Shown: positions 12,377 through 26,430 of the stretch, one piece after another | How the letters are laid out: every line of letters starts with the position of its first letter | Position numbering within the stretch: position 1 is the first letter of the stretch | Assembly (NCBI GenBank): GCA_964016885.1 | Contig: OZ024743.1 | Location: forward strand, 20,150,001 to 20,214,000 | Direction: 5' to 3' | Source of the DNA: Eledone cirrhosa | Lineage: Eukaryota | Length of the DNA stretch: 64,000 bases | Notes under the pieces: generated by a model | Told to the model about the DNA's origin: nothing | Databases searched by the model: none | Seen by the model: the letters and a program-made list of their open reading frames with translations, nothing else | Made by a program: the position numbers and the translations under genes

Positions 12377-14550
12377 AATAATAATGATGATTTCTTTATT
12401 GACCACTAGGAGTGAAAACATTATGGATAATACAATAGACAAGGGCAGTGAAGCTTTACATATAAAGAAGCATTGATATAGATGTCAACTAATTCTTTTC
12501 AATTATTCAAGGACAGTTTCATCTTAGCCCATCTCTAATTGAGACTAACCACCCTGCTTATGACCTCATCCCAGTTTTTATTCCAATGGAAGTCTTGTGT
12601 AAACCAAACCCCAAATATTATAACTTGGTTCAACACAGTAGCTGCCATTACACATAGATTTATCCTTCAAGGTGCTGACTTTTAAGCCCCTAACTTACCC
12701 CATTAATGCATGCTCCTCCAATGCCAATCACCTCAATATCAAATGTATCCTACATTATGGCAAGGACATTGACCATATAACAAAAGTTACATGTTCAATG
12801 TATAGATAGGTTCTGTTCCTCTATTCATACTATTTCATTTTATATTTTATTTATTCATTTATTGACTTCCATGGCAGTTTTCCACACTCACTGTAATGTT
12901 CCCTCTTGTAATTTGTTCTTATAATGTTACCCATTCGTTGCTCTTGTGGCAAATAAAAGAAATTATTATTATCATTGTTGTTGGCATTGCTCATGAAGAT
13001 AAAAGGCAGTCATAATAACAGGCAATTTGATAAATAATATTTCTGCTTTTAGGCGACTTAATTTCTCATGCAAAACAAAAAATAAAAATATCAAAAATAT
13101 ATTCCTCTAATATATTGTAATAATAATGTTTTATCTGGTCATTGTTATTGACATATTTAGTTTGAAATGTTGTTCATAAAGCAACTAAGCATCTAGTGTA
13201 GATTTCCTCTTCTTGGATATATAGAATATCATAGCAGAGAAGCCAAGTTTTTATAGTTTCTTTTGAAGGCATTCAATTAAATGTATTGAACATGAACTAG
13301 TTAGCAACAACTGACACAGAACAGTAAACTCTGTGTATCTATTATACATTTATCATTGTTTCTCTTTCTGTGTTTCTCTTCTCTGTCTAATATTGTAGCT
13401 GCTATTCTTACTGTTTTTACGAAATTTCTTCTTGGTTGTTTCAACCATTCCATGCTATGTAATTGCTGTCACCATCAAAATAAATATAAAGACATCATGA
13501 CCAACAAAGCAAGTAAAAATAAATAGAACAAGTATGTTCCAGTGAAAAACTACAAATGTTAAATATCAAACTGTTGGCTTCAAATGATTCAGAACTATAT
13601 TACAATATTTACGACACCTCACATTTTCTCCTTTTTCAAAACATTTCACAATTGTATGTGTTCGCAGTAATATTTCAGAACTACAAATTTAATGAATGCA
13701 AGCATTTTATATTACATTTGTAGTTTTCAGTTGACTGATTTCTGTGATAATTTTGAATATCAACATTACTATGAGTATTAAACAGTATTAAGGAAACTGC
13801 TAGCTAAAACAAGTGCTGAATAATACACAATGCCTTAATTTCAGCATAGACAGCATTCAGTGTTCAAATATCATTTGAGTTCATATTTCTTTTATTTTCA
13901 CAAGGTCAATAAAATAATGTCTCACATAATCAATAGTCAAGGCTTTTAATTATTCTCTTCTGTAAAAAAGATTAAAAAATCTTATGAGAGATTTTGAATT
14001 TGAATTCTGTCAAATATTATTTAAATGTTCATCATTATTGAATTGCTATAATGTTTTTGTTTTTTTATTGAAACAACATTTATTTATTATTCCTCCTGAT
14101 TTATTCCAAATCAGCTCAAGTAAAGTATGTCTATTGGAATATTAATGAAATCATATCAGGTATTGAAATAGATCAAGTAAAAAAATCTAAACAAACCTAT
14201 CATCATCTTCAACAGTGTTACTCTTGTTAATATTGTATTTAGAAATGATATAGAAAATATATATCAAGTGCGTTACATAGTACAGTAAAATAGAAAATTA
14301 ACACAAGCAGAATTTTAAGTACATTAATAATAAAATTAGTGTAGAAGTAATTGAATTTGTGATGAAGTTAAATGACCAAGTAAATATGTTTTGGGGTGAC
14401 AACTTGCTAAAAGGTGTGATGTTCATAATTCTATATGTCTTTGGCTGTGATAACCTATCCAACTCATGCCAGCATGAAAAGTAAATGATAATAATATCAG
14501 ATCACTTAAATGATGTGAATAGGTATAAGAGAATCTGAGAATGTTACCTG

Positions 14551-14786
14551 ATTTAACCCTTTATCATTTCCATTATTCTATACATAGTATTGTAATTTTG
14601 TGGTAAAGGCTTTATCTTACATAATATCTCATATAATTAACTTACACAATATTGAATCTATGATAATTTGGTGTTATTCATTTTGAGAACAATACCCTAA
14701 CATCAGATGAGCAACCAGTTACGACCATTTTAAACAGAAAGAAGTGAGAGAATTCTGACCTGATACAGCCAGTTTAAAGGGTTAAA
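14551..14786 (-). mobile_element. piggyBac-like MITE copy
   Basis: TTAACCCTTT...AAAGGGTTAA ends. The interior is the reverse complement of 2876-3086. Confidence 0.6.
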
Positions 14787-15114
14787 CTGTCTTCTCATAC
14801 AAGGGTTTGTCTTTCAGTTGCTCTATGCCATAAAATAAAAGTAAAGCAGTACCACAAAAGCCCTCATATTTGAAACTACATTTGTATATTAGTGCAATCC
14901 TATTAGTGGTTTGATGTAGAGCTAATAAAAGAAATATCAAGGTGAACCATATTAAACTGAAAGAAATGTGTCAAAACATGAAGACAAAAGTTGTTCTTTT
15001 ACATTTAAATGATGCTCTCTTTGTTTAATATGACACTGAAATCTGAATGGTAAGTGTTTGGAAGAATAATTATGCCACAAACAGCTTATATTATTGCAAA
15101 TTATAACAAAATAA

Positions 15115-16912
15115 TTCCATACCCAATGACAGGTGTAGCAGCAGCATTATCAACTGATACTAGGGCAAAGGTGATGAGATAGACAAAGGGAACTACTGTG
15201 GCATCAAACTGATTGACCAGGTCATGAAAGTTACAGAAAGAGTCATTGTACAACTGATTACAGATCGAATTAACTTAGATGAGATGCAGTTTGGGTTTGT
15301 GCCAGGACAAAGTATCACAGATGCCTTTTTCCTTGGGAGGCAACAACAGAAGTACCTAGCTAAAAGCAAACCACTCTACTCACCATTTGCTGACCTAGAG
15401 AAAGCTTCTGTCAGGGTCCCCATTCTTTAATCTGGCAGGCCATTAGGAAACTAGGATTAGAAGAGTGGATTGTGAGTATGGTACAAGCCATGTACAACGG
15501 TGCTGTCAGCAAGGTTAAAATTAGTAATGACTATAGTGAGGAGTTTAGTGTGCAAGTTGGGATCCAAGAAGGCCCATCCTTAGACCTCTCCTGTTTATTA
15601 TCATCCTCCAGGCTATAACAGAAAGAGTGTGAAACAGGATACCCATGGGAACTCCTGTATGCTGATGATTGAACTCTCATAGCTGAATCTATAACAGAAC
15701 TAGAGAAAAAGATTTCTAACCTGGAAGCACAACCTGGAATCAAAGGTCTTAAAGTCAACCTGGCAAAGACTAAAGTATTAGTTTACCCTCTTAGGGAAAT
15801 GGCCCAGCTCAGTGTGTAGGAAATGGGTGGGTATAAATCTCAAGTAGGTTAGCTAAGATTGTAGGTTTTACATGTGGCCATTGCACAGGAGCAGTAAGTA
15901 AAAAACGCTCACAAGAAACATGTGTTATCAAATTATTGAAAGTTTCCATAAAAGCAGTTGACAGTTTCTGCTACCTGCGTAATCAAATTAGCAATAAAGG
16001 TGGGTGTGCTGAAAGTACAGTAGCCAGTGTGAGAATGGTACAGAAAAGGTTCAGCAGAAAAGGTTCAGAAATGTTAAATGGTAGTGTGATCGGGGTACTG
16101 TGTGCAGAGGACCTGTGAAAATTGGAAAGAAATTAAGCTGGCCTGCTATAATGGTTGTGTAATAGTAATATACAAGAATGGCAAAGCATAAATGAACTGA
16201 GAGAGAAAGTGAGCGCAAGAATTATCACATGCTCTGTGCACGAGAGGAGATTGCATTGGTATGCACATGCATATGAAGGACGGCATCTGTATAAAAAGCA
16301 CATTCAAAGTTGATAGAGGCTAGGGAGTAGAAAGTCCTAGAAAGACTTGGGATGAAGTCATAAAAGCTGACCTTGCACAATTGCACCTCTCAAAGGCAAT
16401 GACATAGGATTGAGATCTATGATATTATATAGTAATACAGAAGACCTGCCTTCATTGGTTGAAGCATACATCTAATATTCACCACTTTCCCCTACCTTCT
16501 CCTTCTTTTCCATACATTTCCCATACCCTAATATTCCACCTATAACCTATCACTCCACCCACATCCTATCACTCCACCCTCCATCCACATCCCTACATCC
16601 TCCACTCTTCACCAGATAAGTGCCCCACCCTAGATCTACCTCTCTAACCATCATGCATGGACCTCCCCTACCCCAGCCCTCAGTCCACATTGTAAAGTGT
16701 TCATGTTGGTGACATAACAAAAAACACCTAGTCCATACTGTAAATGTAGTTGGATTATGAAGGGCATCTAGCCATAGAAACCGAGTTAGAAATGGTTCTG
16801 CATGCACAAGACATGGCCATCTGGCTTGTCTCACATCTGGCTTGTCTCACAACAAGACAACTTGACTAATCCATGCTAGCAAGAGAAAATAGACATTAAA
16901 CGGTGTTGATGG
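15115..16912 (+). pseudogene. Degenerate RTE-clade LINE (same family as 8329-9904)
   Basis: RT fragments (MQFGFVPG, DLEKA, ELLYADD-stop, FCYL) broken by stops and frameshifts, followed by the same 3' UTR. Confidence 0.85.
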
Positions 16913-16914
16913 TA

Positions 16915-17090
16915 ATTGCTTCTACTTTTGACACGAGGCCAGTGCATTACTGGTGCTTTATTTTATCAACCCCATAAGGATGAAAGTCAAAGTTGACCTC
17001 AGTGGGATTTGAACTCAGAACGTAAAGGGCCATAACTCTATGCTGCAAAGCATGGTGTATGACGCTCTACCGATACAGCCAATCTACCAT
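16915..17090 (-). mobile_element. tRNA-derived SINE, family A
   Basis: Reverse complement of the family consensus. Confidence 0.8.
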
Positions 17091-18194
17091 CAATTATGTT
17101 GATATTAATTTTTTGTTGAAAATGGTATAAATGTGGCTTTACATGTTTTCTATGTATCTATGCCTTTTGTTTCTCATAGCCATAAGAAAACTTGCCAAAC
17201 AAAGTATTGGGAGGAATGTTTGGTTTTGTCATAGTCACATCAACCTCTGTAGCATTAGTAATTTCATGATAAATGCATTCAGTATACTACAAAGTATACT
17301 ACTATGATAGCAAAGACATCAATTATAAAGACATAATTAAGTTCACAGGCAAGCAATAATTCAACTGCTAAGTGCTCTAGATTATATAACCTGTCTTGGT
17401 ATATAGTTGATTTCATAACATTCATAAACTAAAACACTAAAAGATTTTTCAGCCTGTGTAACTGGTAATGTGCAAAACAAAATTAGAGCTATAATTGCTT
17501 TAAAGAATGGTACTTCAAAATGCAGCTCAGTAAGTTTAATAATTCGATTGGTGGAATTAGACTTGGAAAAATATTTGATTCATGTATTGATTATAAATAG
17601 AATAGTTCATCTTTGATATTAATTGTTATATTATGGACCATGACAACCCATCCAGCCCATGCCACCATGGAAAAGGGATATAAAAAGAAAGATGATGATC
17701 ATGATGATCATGATGAATATTTTCAGCAACAATTCTAGCACCACTAAGAAAACTGAATTTAACTCATTTAACAAGGCTTCCAAAATAGTCCATTCCACAT
17801 CAATTGCAGCAGTCCTAGCTACAAGAAATTTTTTTATCCCAATTAATGTCAAATCCATGCACACAACGGAATGTTTGGATGCATCTTTCATTTGAAAGCG
17901 TCTCTGAAATTAAAATCAACAAGGACATAATTGCTTTATTTTTTAGCCAAAAATATGACTTTGAAGGAGTTAATACTTTCAGTTCTTGCAAAATATCAAA
18001 TATCAGAGGCCCTATATTGTGAAAATCATATAGCTTTTTTCTGATATTGTTTTTATTTGCCTCCATTACGGACTAATACCTGTTTTTGTTTTTTTAACAT
18101 TTGACAAGATCCCAGACCTCATTCGCTCAAATCAGAAACGAGGAAGCATTGTTTCCATTGGTCTTTCCATTGCTGATACTATCTACCAGTTGCA

Positions 18195-18318
18195 ACTCCT
18201 GGAGGAGAAACATGAAATAAAGTGTCTTACTCAAAGACACAACGCATCACCCGGTCCGAGAATTGAACTCACAACCTTACAATTGCGAATCCAACTCTTT
18301 AACCACTAAGCCATGCAC
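18195..18318 (-). mobile_element. tRNA-derived SINE, family B (CORE-like), head region
   Basis: TGAAATAAAGTGTCTT...AGAATTGAACTCACAACC...AACCACTAAGCCATGCAC. Confidence 0.75.
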
Positions 18319-19459
18319 GGACTACTACTAAAAATATTGTAGACATTCTGAACAGATCCAAAGAAAGTAGCAATTTAAATGCAACATTTAGCTGCACTAA
18401 CTCCACTTAAGTTTAGACTGTTAGACACAAGAAGAAAATACAGCCAAGGGATTGGAGTGATTTAAAATTACTTAATCCCCATTATATCATTAAGGCATGT
18501 TACTCTTACTATCAGAACAATGACTACAACTGACAGAGGATGGAATATCACATTTTTCAACTATCAAATATTAATTTGAACATATTATTGTTTTCTTTTG
18601 ATAATATTTAACAAAATAAAGGTTTCTATTACTTTATATTGACTAAAAACTTTCTTAAGATAAACATACCATAATACCAAGCATTTCTAAGGCCTACTAA
18701 AATGTCATGATAGACACACAGTCAAACGTCTAGAGTGGCATCCCAATGACTGGCTACACTAGTTCTTTATGTGATGAATCAAGATTTACCTTCATAATTA
18801 TTCTGTAATATTTTTATACTTAACCGTTGGAATAACCCTTCTAATTTAACTGGCACAACAATTAATTAACTCACTTAGACTATCAGGTGATGAATAATCA
18901 ACTTCCTTTTTATTACAGTTTTGAGGTGCATTAACTTTATACAAATGATAATTCATAATTCTATTGTAATTCATTTCTATAATTCCCAAGAAATTTTCAT
19001 TATTTTTTTTCACAACAATGAGGCTTTTGCTTCAAGAAAAATTATAACATCTGATCCATGGCAACATTTTCTTGCAAAGAATTTTCTGGCCTTCAATAAT
19101 TTGAACCAAAAGATGATCAACAGATGATTTATGAAATAATTGTAATTCCAGGTTTTGCCATTTGACGTAACAAGGTTTGTGATTAACAAAATTCTTATGC
19201 TTTGATAACTTTTCTGTGAATCTCTTCCACTTATACACCCATGACACAGTAGAAAGAGCAGAACATTGATAATGTGGACGGTTACTCTGAAGATAACATA
19301 GGAAACATAAAACTGCTTTTTTGTATCTGTTCTAAACTAGACAGTAATGCGAATGTTCTGCCACTATTTTTATGTTTGTTTCTTTAAAGATATTGTAAAT
19401 GTATGGCCTACTTTCTTTCAGCAATGTGTGTGATCCAATTTTTTAACATCACTAACATC

Positions 19460-19625
19460 ACCAACTGGCAAGAGACCCAGGCGTAGACCCTAAGCAAGAT
19501 GGTTGGATAACATCTATTAGCTTGGCTGATCCAGCCAGATCAGTTGGAAACAGTTGCTGCTGACAATACCTGCTGGAAGAAGTGTTTGAGGACGCTGCCC
19601 CCATGACCCTCTCAGGAATAAGTGG
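19460..19625 (+). mobile_element. 3' remnant of a second RTE-like LINE family
   Basis: AGACCCAGGCGTAGACCC...CCCCATGACCCTCTCAGGAATAAG. Homologous to 38360-38790 (-), 46210-46370 (-), 59740-60250 (-), 61210-61565 (+) and 61880-62380 (-). Confidence 0.6.
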
Positions 19626-20049
19626 CTGAACAAGAAGAATATCAAAAAGACTAACTTCAGTGGTTGTAGGTACCTCTTTTTTTGTATTAGTACCATAGTA
19701 ACAAATGGTATATAATCTGAATAACGAATTCATTTGATTTACTTGTAATCTGAACTGTCTCTTTATTGTTGGTTGAGCAATAATTTCTGTCATTGTAGAA
19801 GTCAGTGTTGTAATTTTGTCAACACTAGTAATCTCTATGAAATCACTTGCCCTTAAAAAAGCAAAACTTATTAAAGTTTGCTGTCCATTAGATAAATATT
19901 GGTCTCATTGAATCTCTTACCATTCTCTTTTCAAATCCTGATTTATGATGTTACATTTCCAAAACAAGAATTAGATAAATGATAAACAACAATTCCCTTT
20001 ACTATTATAATAATTTTAAGACAGATGATTTTTGCTGATTAATGATTAT

Positions 20050-20400
20050 GGAAAGTTGTTTTCATTCATGTGTGCATTATTAATACACACATGAATAAGT
20101 TGTAGTTTATTATTATAAATGTATTATTGACTATAATAATACAATATTATTATAGTCAATAGCACATTCATAATAATAATACAACTCACTGGTTCTGTTC
20201 ATGAGTGTTTTATTATTTGTGTTAATATAATAATTATAACACAAAATTCATTGAATGTTGAAGACTGTTTTCATTCATGTGCATTAATAATAATATGCAC
20301 ATGAATGAGTTGTGCCTTATTATGTGTACATGGTACTAATATAATCATTATAATTACACTAAATTCATTGAATGTGGAAGTCTGTTTTCTCATTGATATG
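20050..20400. repeat. Array of AT-rich palindromic units
   Basis: CATGTGTGCATTATTAATACACACATG, ATTGACTATAATA...TATTATAGTCAAT and CATGTGCATTAATAATAATATGCACATG, with repeated AAATTCATTGAATGT..AAG.CTGTTTTC spacers. Confidence 0.65.
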
Positions 20401-20615
20401 TGTCTCAAAGAACTCTCTGTTACACACATACATACAAAACTATAACTGCTTCTTTTAATACCACTGGTAAATACCCGGGCTCACCTCTGTAACCAGTACA
20501 TGTTATTTAATGTTTAGTCATAATGAAGGGTATAGTATTCACAACCGTTTTAGGGCCTCTAAAATTGAAGGGGGAAAGATATCCTGAAACCAGGTACTTG
20601 GCTCAAATGAGTGTG

Positions 20616-20873
20616 TGTGTGTGTGTATGTGACAGCTCACACCTATGCAGGTTTGGCTGGCCTCCTCCAAGGTATATCTCGTTGGAGGTGGCTTGAGTGA
20701 TTTAATGATAGGGACCCCAGTCCTATCATCTCATTTTTACAGCTGAGTAAACTGGAGCAACGTGAAATAAAGTGTCTTGCTCAAGGAAACAACACATTAC
20801 CCGGTCCAAGAATTGAACTCACAACCTTTTGATTGCAAGCCCAATGCTCTAACCACTAAGCCATGCACCTTCA
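20616..20873 (-). mobile_element. Family B CORE-like SINE with 12-bp target-site duplication
   Basis: Head GTGAAGGTGCATGGCTTAGTGGTTAGAGC on the minus strand and CORE-like CCTTGAGCAAGACACTTTATTTCAC. TSD CAAATGAGTGTG at 20604-20615 and 20874-20885. Confidence 0.85.
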
Positions 20874-22789
20874 CAAATGAGTGTGATAGATTGGAAACTA
20901 CTAAAGGCTTCTGTTAAACCAGGTGACAAATTAATTCTATCATCCAAAGAACTCAGAATGCTAAGAATCAAACTAATGCTACAAGACAACATATTTGCCA
21001 ATCCACCATCCTAGAATGTTATTTTTTTTTTTTTTTTTTTTTTTGCCTTTAAAAGGCTGAAAGACAAAGTTCAACTTGATAGGATTTGAACTCAGTGTGC
21101 AGAGAGCTGGAACAACTAACACAAGGCATTTGTTGTACGGTTTAATGACTCTAATAATTTGCTGCCATGCCAGGCAGGTATGAGATATTAAAATTACAAA
21201 AGGATGATGTTTGTATGCAGAGTCTTAAGGAATGATTGATAGTATCATCTGCATAGAAATGTGATGTTAGTAATGAAGCAAGCTAGTCATTTGTGTACAA
21301 AAGGACAAGTGTGAAAATCATAATTGAGCCTTGGGATACACTAGAGTTGATAAAACGTGTGTCTATTGCCACCAACTGCAACAAAACAGGCTAACAAGAA
21401 ACTTCCAGTATAGGAAACAAAATATGGCTTGAGCCATAGATGAGATTTTACACCAGACATGATCAAAGACTTTGCTGACGTCAAGAGCAATAACATAACT
21501 TTAGCTGGACTTCAAAAGAAAAGGTAGATCAAAGTATATGAAAAATGTTTTTGTAGTCATCAAGAGACTCATGGTGATGAAGAAATTAGTTATTTATTAC
21601 TGATTCTGTCAGCTATGAGATACTAGAAATAAAATTGATAAGGTAGTATTTAGTGAAGAGAAATGCAAAGAAGCTTCACTTTTCAGAACAGAGAAATGCT
21701 GAATGAATCCATACAATTGGGTAGATATCTGTATAGAGAAACAGATTGAAAGGCTTAAACTTGAGTAAGTTCTGCAGTGCATTGTTTAAAGTTAATGGAA
21801 GGGACATCATCAGGATTTTGTTGTATTGGAGAATAATTTTCACTTATCAAATGTGTGTACATCTTGGTGAAAATGATAAAATAGAAAAGAAATGTAAGAA
21901 GGGTTTTATTATGCCTCATCATCGCTGTTTTACATCCATTCTTCCACGCTAGAATGGGTTAGACAAGTTATCCTGTTGTGATTAAAGCTAGATCAGATTA
22001 CCATATCTTACTCCTACAAAACTGATTCTGGCTTGGTTTCTACAGCTGGATGCCCTTCCTAACATCAACCTCATTTACAGTGTGGGCTGGGTGCCTTTTG
22101 TTGTGACACCTACACAACCACTTTACAGTGTGGGCTGGGGGCTTCACTGGATACATATGTCCTCATGGAGGATATATGGGGCACACTATATTAAGGAAAT
22201 GGCAGTAAAATACATAAAATGTGATTTTATCTGCAGAAGTAATATTCTTCAGCCTTCTTGGTTCAGGATTGAAAACAGTTAGGATTCTATACTACTATTA
22301 GAAACTTTCATAACCCAGAATACAACTGCAATTTGGAGCTAAAAGAGCTTGCAGTCCATGCAATATTTGCCTATCTTAAGGTCACCTTTCAGGCATTGCA
22401 GCGGTATGTAAATAATTTCTAATTGGTATTCTATTTTATCGATTTTGGAAGGATGAAAGGCAAAGTTGACCTTAGTGGGATTTAAACTCAGAAAGTAAAG
22501 AATCAAATTTAATCTAAAGCTCTAATGACTCAATTAATCTACTATACACTATGTGTAAATCATGATTGACATCTGCAAGGGTGTGTAAGAAGTAAAGTGA
22601 CATGCTACTGTTAGTTAGTTGAAACAATGAACACATTTTATGGCATTAAAACACAAGCAAAACAACTGTTTGTAACTTATGATACAATGAGTGAAATTAT
22701 CAAGTTTTATTGTTAAGAGTGTGGCACAAGCATATCATCTCCCCCCCCCCCCCCCCCTTCACACACACACACAATGATATATCTATGAT

Positions 22790-24030
22790 ATGTTGCTAAA
22801 TCATGCATGAGTTACAGGCAAAATTTCAGGCATGTAAGAAAAACCTAGAGTCAAAAAGCCTACAACTTATCAAAGAAAAAAAAACCTTAATAAGTAGGAA
22901 ATATGACATGAAGCTGATATTGTCAGTGACCTTGCTCAATATATCAAAAAGGAATGGGCAGAAATTGCATTAGGTGTAATTTATGGATGCATGTGAGATG
23001 TAATGAGATTACAAGTAAATTGACAGAGAAGATATACTTTGTATACAGCAGATGCACAAGAGAAGTAAGCACTAAGAGCACACATGAAATAGATTTCCTC
23101 AGATGCCAGAGGGGCTCCCTAGAGGTTGTTGATGGTTGTTGTTACCTAGGTGATCTAATCAGCAATGCGAGATGAGGCTTTGAATATTTGATAGCCAGGG
23201 TAAGAAAAGGCTGAAGGACTTTTAGTGAGTTGATAACACTGTTGACAATATAGGACTGCTCTCTTAGAATGAAAGATAAACAGTATGGTGTATGCATGTA
23301 AATTACAATTCAACATGCCAGAAAGACATGGGCCATGTGAAGGTTAGAAAGAAATGAAGTGAACATTCTCCAATGGATGTGTAATGTTAGTGTGCATGAA
23401 CAATATTACATAACTAAGCTAAGAGAAAAACTTAGCATAACTAGAATTGTATGTAATACATTGGTATAGATAAGTGTTGTGAATGGAAGATGATAGCTGT
23501 TTAAAGAAGTGCAGGAAAATCTCAGTGGTTAGAACTCAAGGAATAAGGGGATGCAGAAAGATGTCATGAGATAGTGAAAACTGACCCTAAGAAACTGAAT
23601 CTCACAATGGAGATTACAAAGGACTACAAGACATAGTAACATGCTGTACTAGAGGAGGCATGGCTACCCCACTCTTCACCCTGTCAAATCCCATCAGTCT
23701 TGTCATACACCATGACTACATATTGACCATCCTTCCTCTCTTGTGGTAGGGTTGTGAGGGCTCTGCTTTTGAAGCCATTATCAACCTCTCTAGTGGTAGT
23801 GTCACAAAAAAAGGCATCCAGTACACTGTGTAAGGTGGTTGGTGACAGCAGAGAACCTCTGTAGTATTTGTAATATATACAAAAATACACACCCTGTATA
23901 CACTGTTGGTGATAGGAATGACATCCAGCCATAGATAATCTATCAAACAAAGAGTTGAGAGGATTATTCAGCTATGTCAAAGACACTATCCAAGCCTCAC
24001 TAGCAGGGAAGATGGATATTAAATGTTGAA
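22790..24030 (+). pseudogene. Old, heavily decayed PHD-bearing RTE LINE copy
   Basis: GRNCIRCNLWMHVRC...CCYLGDLIS aligns with the finger and FCYLG region of 8358-9602. Related 3' UTR follows. Confidence 0.7.
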
Positions 24031-26129
24031 GATTTTAATGATTATATTGATGCTTTCATTGATCCTTTTATAAAATGTTAATGAGGAATGAACTAGAATT
24101 TCAAAGATATTCCTACCTTGTCTTTAGAAGGAAAGAGGGATTAATATAATATTCTTCATAAACACCATTACTATTCTTGTAGCTGTGATTCATGATATAG
24201 AAAATATAATTGTTTATTTTATTCTCACTGAGCTGGATATAGCATGTTATTTCAACTCAATTGTGTCAATAAAACTGTGTTTGGGGATTTGTCTGTACCA
24301 CATTTGTGGCAGTAGCATTTGTTTTATCCCCTATGGGCCCTTCTACCTGTCACATTTCAACCAAATTTATTCTGTAAATACAACAAAAACAGCAATTTAC
24401 CCGGTAGCATAGTAATATCTAATTTGCTTATTACTAAAGAAACTGACCTAATATGACACTTTGTGGTTTAAGCTGTTGTGTAGACATCTAGCAATCTTGT
24501 AATTCAAATATCAATCTAACATAAATGTATGACTTAATAATAACATACAGGCTAGATTCAGCCTAGTGAGAATAGAATAAACAATAATAATTCCTATCTC
24601 TTCAGTGGAAACCTTAAGAATAGCAATGATTAGCTATGCTGGTCTTATAATTATAATTACTAGATAGAGACAATCGTTTTACTTAAAACACAAAGGATTA
24701 GCAATAATAAGTAGATGAAAGATTACTGTCCCTTGATACAATGCTATTTATTTTTTTATATTTTGTTGTAAGGTAATTTCTCAATATAGATTAGTTTTTC
24801 ATTTCTTTCGTTTGCTTTAACCATCACAGCTAAAGCCGTTCTTGTAGCATTACCTTCATACTTATTTTTTGAATTTGGTAAATTGAAGAGAATGATTATA
24901 TCTCTTTTATTAGTAATATTTCAGATAGACACACTAACAAAATAAGCAGTCATATAAATATATTAATCAGGCTTATGTCTACATATATTTACTAAATCAG
25001 CAATAATGTTTACTTATTAATCATCCATACAACCAAATATATTGATTTCTAATTTAGGTACAAGGCCAGATAATTTGGGGAAAGGGCAAAGGTGATTAAA
25101 TCAACCCAATTCTTGACTAGTACTTTATTTTATTGACCCTGGAAAAATGAAAGACAAAGTTGACCTCGTCTGAATATAAAGAGCCAGAACAAATACCGCA
25201 AAGACATTTTAATTGATGCTCCATCAATTCTGCCAATCCACCACACAGATATAATAACAAAATAAGCAGTCATACAACTATATTAATCAACCTCATGTCT
25301 AAATATATAAACTAAATAGCAACATGTTTACATGTTAATCATTCATACATCCAGATATGCAAACAAAATATGTTATAATAGTCATCATTGGCATTCCTTG
25401 GTGTCGAGAATTTGGTTTCATCATCATCATCACTCAACGTCCATTTTACATGCTAGCATAGGTTAAACGTGTTGTCCCATTAGAGGCAAATTGGGTCAGG
25501 TGACCGTCTCATGCTCATGTAGGACTGTTCCTGGCTAAATTTCTAAGGCTAGATGCCCTTCCTAACACCAACCACATTTACAGAGTGTGATGGGTGCTTT
25601 TTTGTCATGTCTGCTGCACAACCACCTTACAGCATGGGCTGGATGCCTTTTTGTCATGACACCTACACGGCCACTTTACAGTGTGGGTTAGGTGCTTTTT
25701 GGATTCATTGAACCTATTTGTGTTCTAATATTGCTCTAGAAGCCTATTTTTTGTGGTGATGACAATGAGGCCATGTAAATTGACATGCTGTTGGATCCAT
25801 AATTCCTCATTGGTGGCCTGCTTCCCTCCATCAGCATCTTTCTGACAGCTGCTCTTTATGGTTACTTTTAAAGAAGTTGCATCTATTTTAGTATTTTTTC
25901 CTTTATATGTCTGTTCAGCCAGGTTGAACATGTTTTTCTGTGTTTACAATTTCAGTTTATAGACTTTGTACTCTCAATTCTTGAGCCATTGCTCTATTAG
26001 GGCTCCCCCCCCCCCAACTCTGTCTCTCTCTCTCCTGTTCAAAACTATCACTAATGACCATGAGTATCCCATAGCTATTTCACCACTATTCTCCAGTTGA
26101 TGGGCTGTAGATCATCATAAAATTAAAAT

Positions 26130-26430
26130 TACATGTCCTGTTATGATATTCTGAGAATGTAGGCAAGGTTGACCAAGTTTTACTTAGTCCTTCAGGTAAT
26201 TGTCAATGCAGGATCTGTTTGGGCAGTCATTCAGATGACATTTACATAACATGCCATGTCCAATATAGGTTTCTCCAGAAGTAGTCTTCCATACATAACA
26301 AGTCTGCTCAAGCCCTACTGAGAACCATATCTCTCCAGATAATTTTCATATTGGAATGCCATTGTCTCATCATGAAGGCATAAAACCTTTCCACCCAACT
26401 TCTGTACAATGTTTCGGCATCATACTAAAT
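26130..26430 (-). pseudogene. Decayed RTE/BovB-like ORF2 C-terminal fragment
   Basis: Manual minus-strand translation gives YDAETL...WTWHVM...LPKQIL with stops, resembling YGSETW...WLGHV...LPKQIL. Confidence 0.45.

Noticed and set aside
21150-21560. Possible LTR-retrotransposon integrase remnant
   Set aside because: No continuous frame or recognisable motif could be established by eye.
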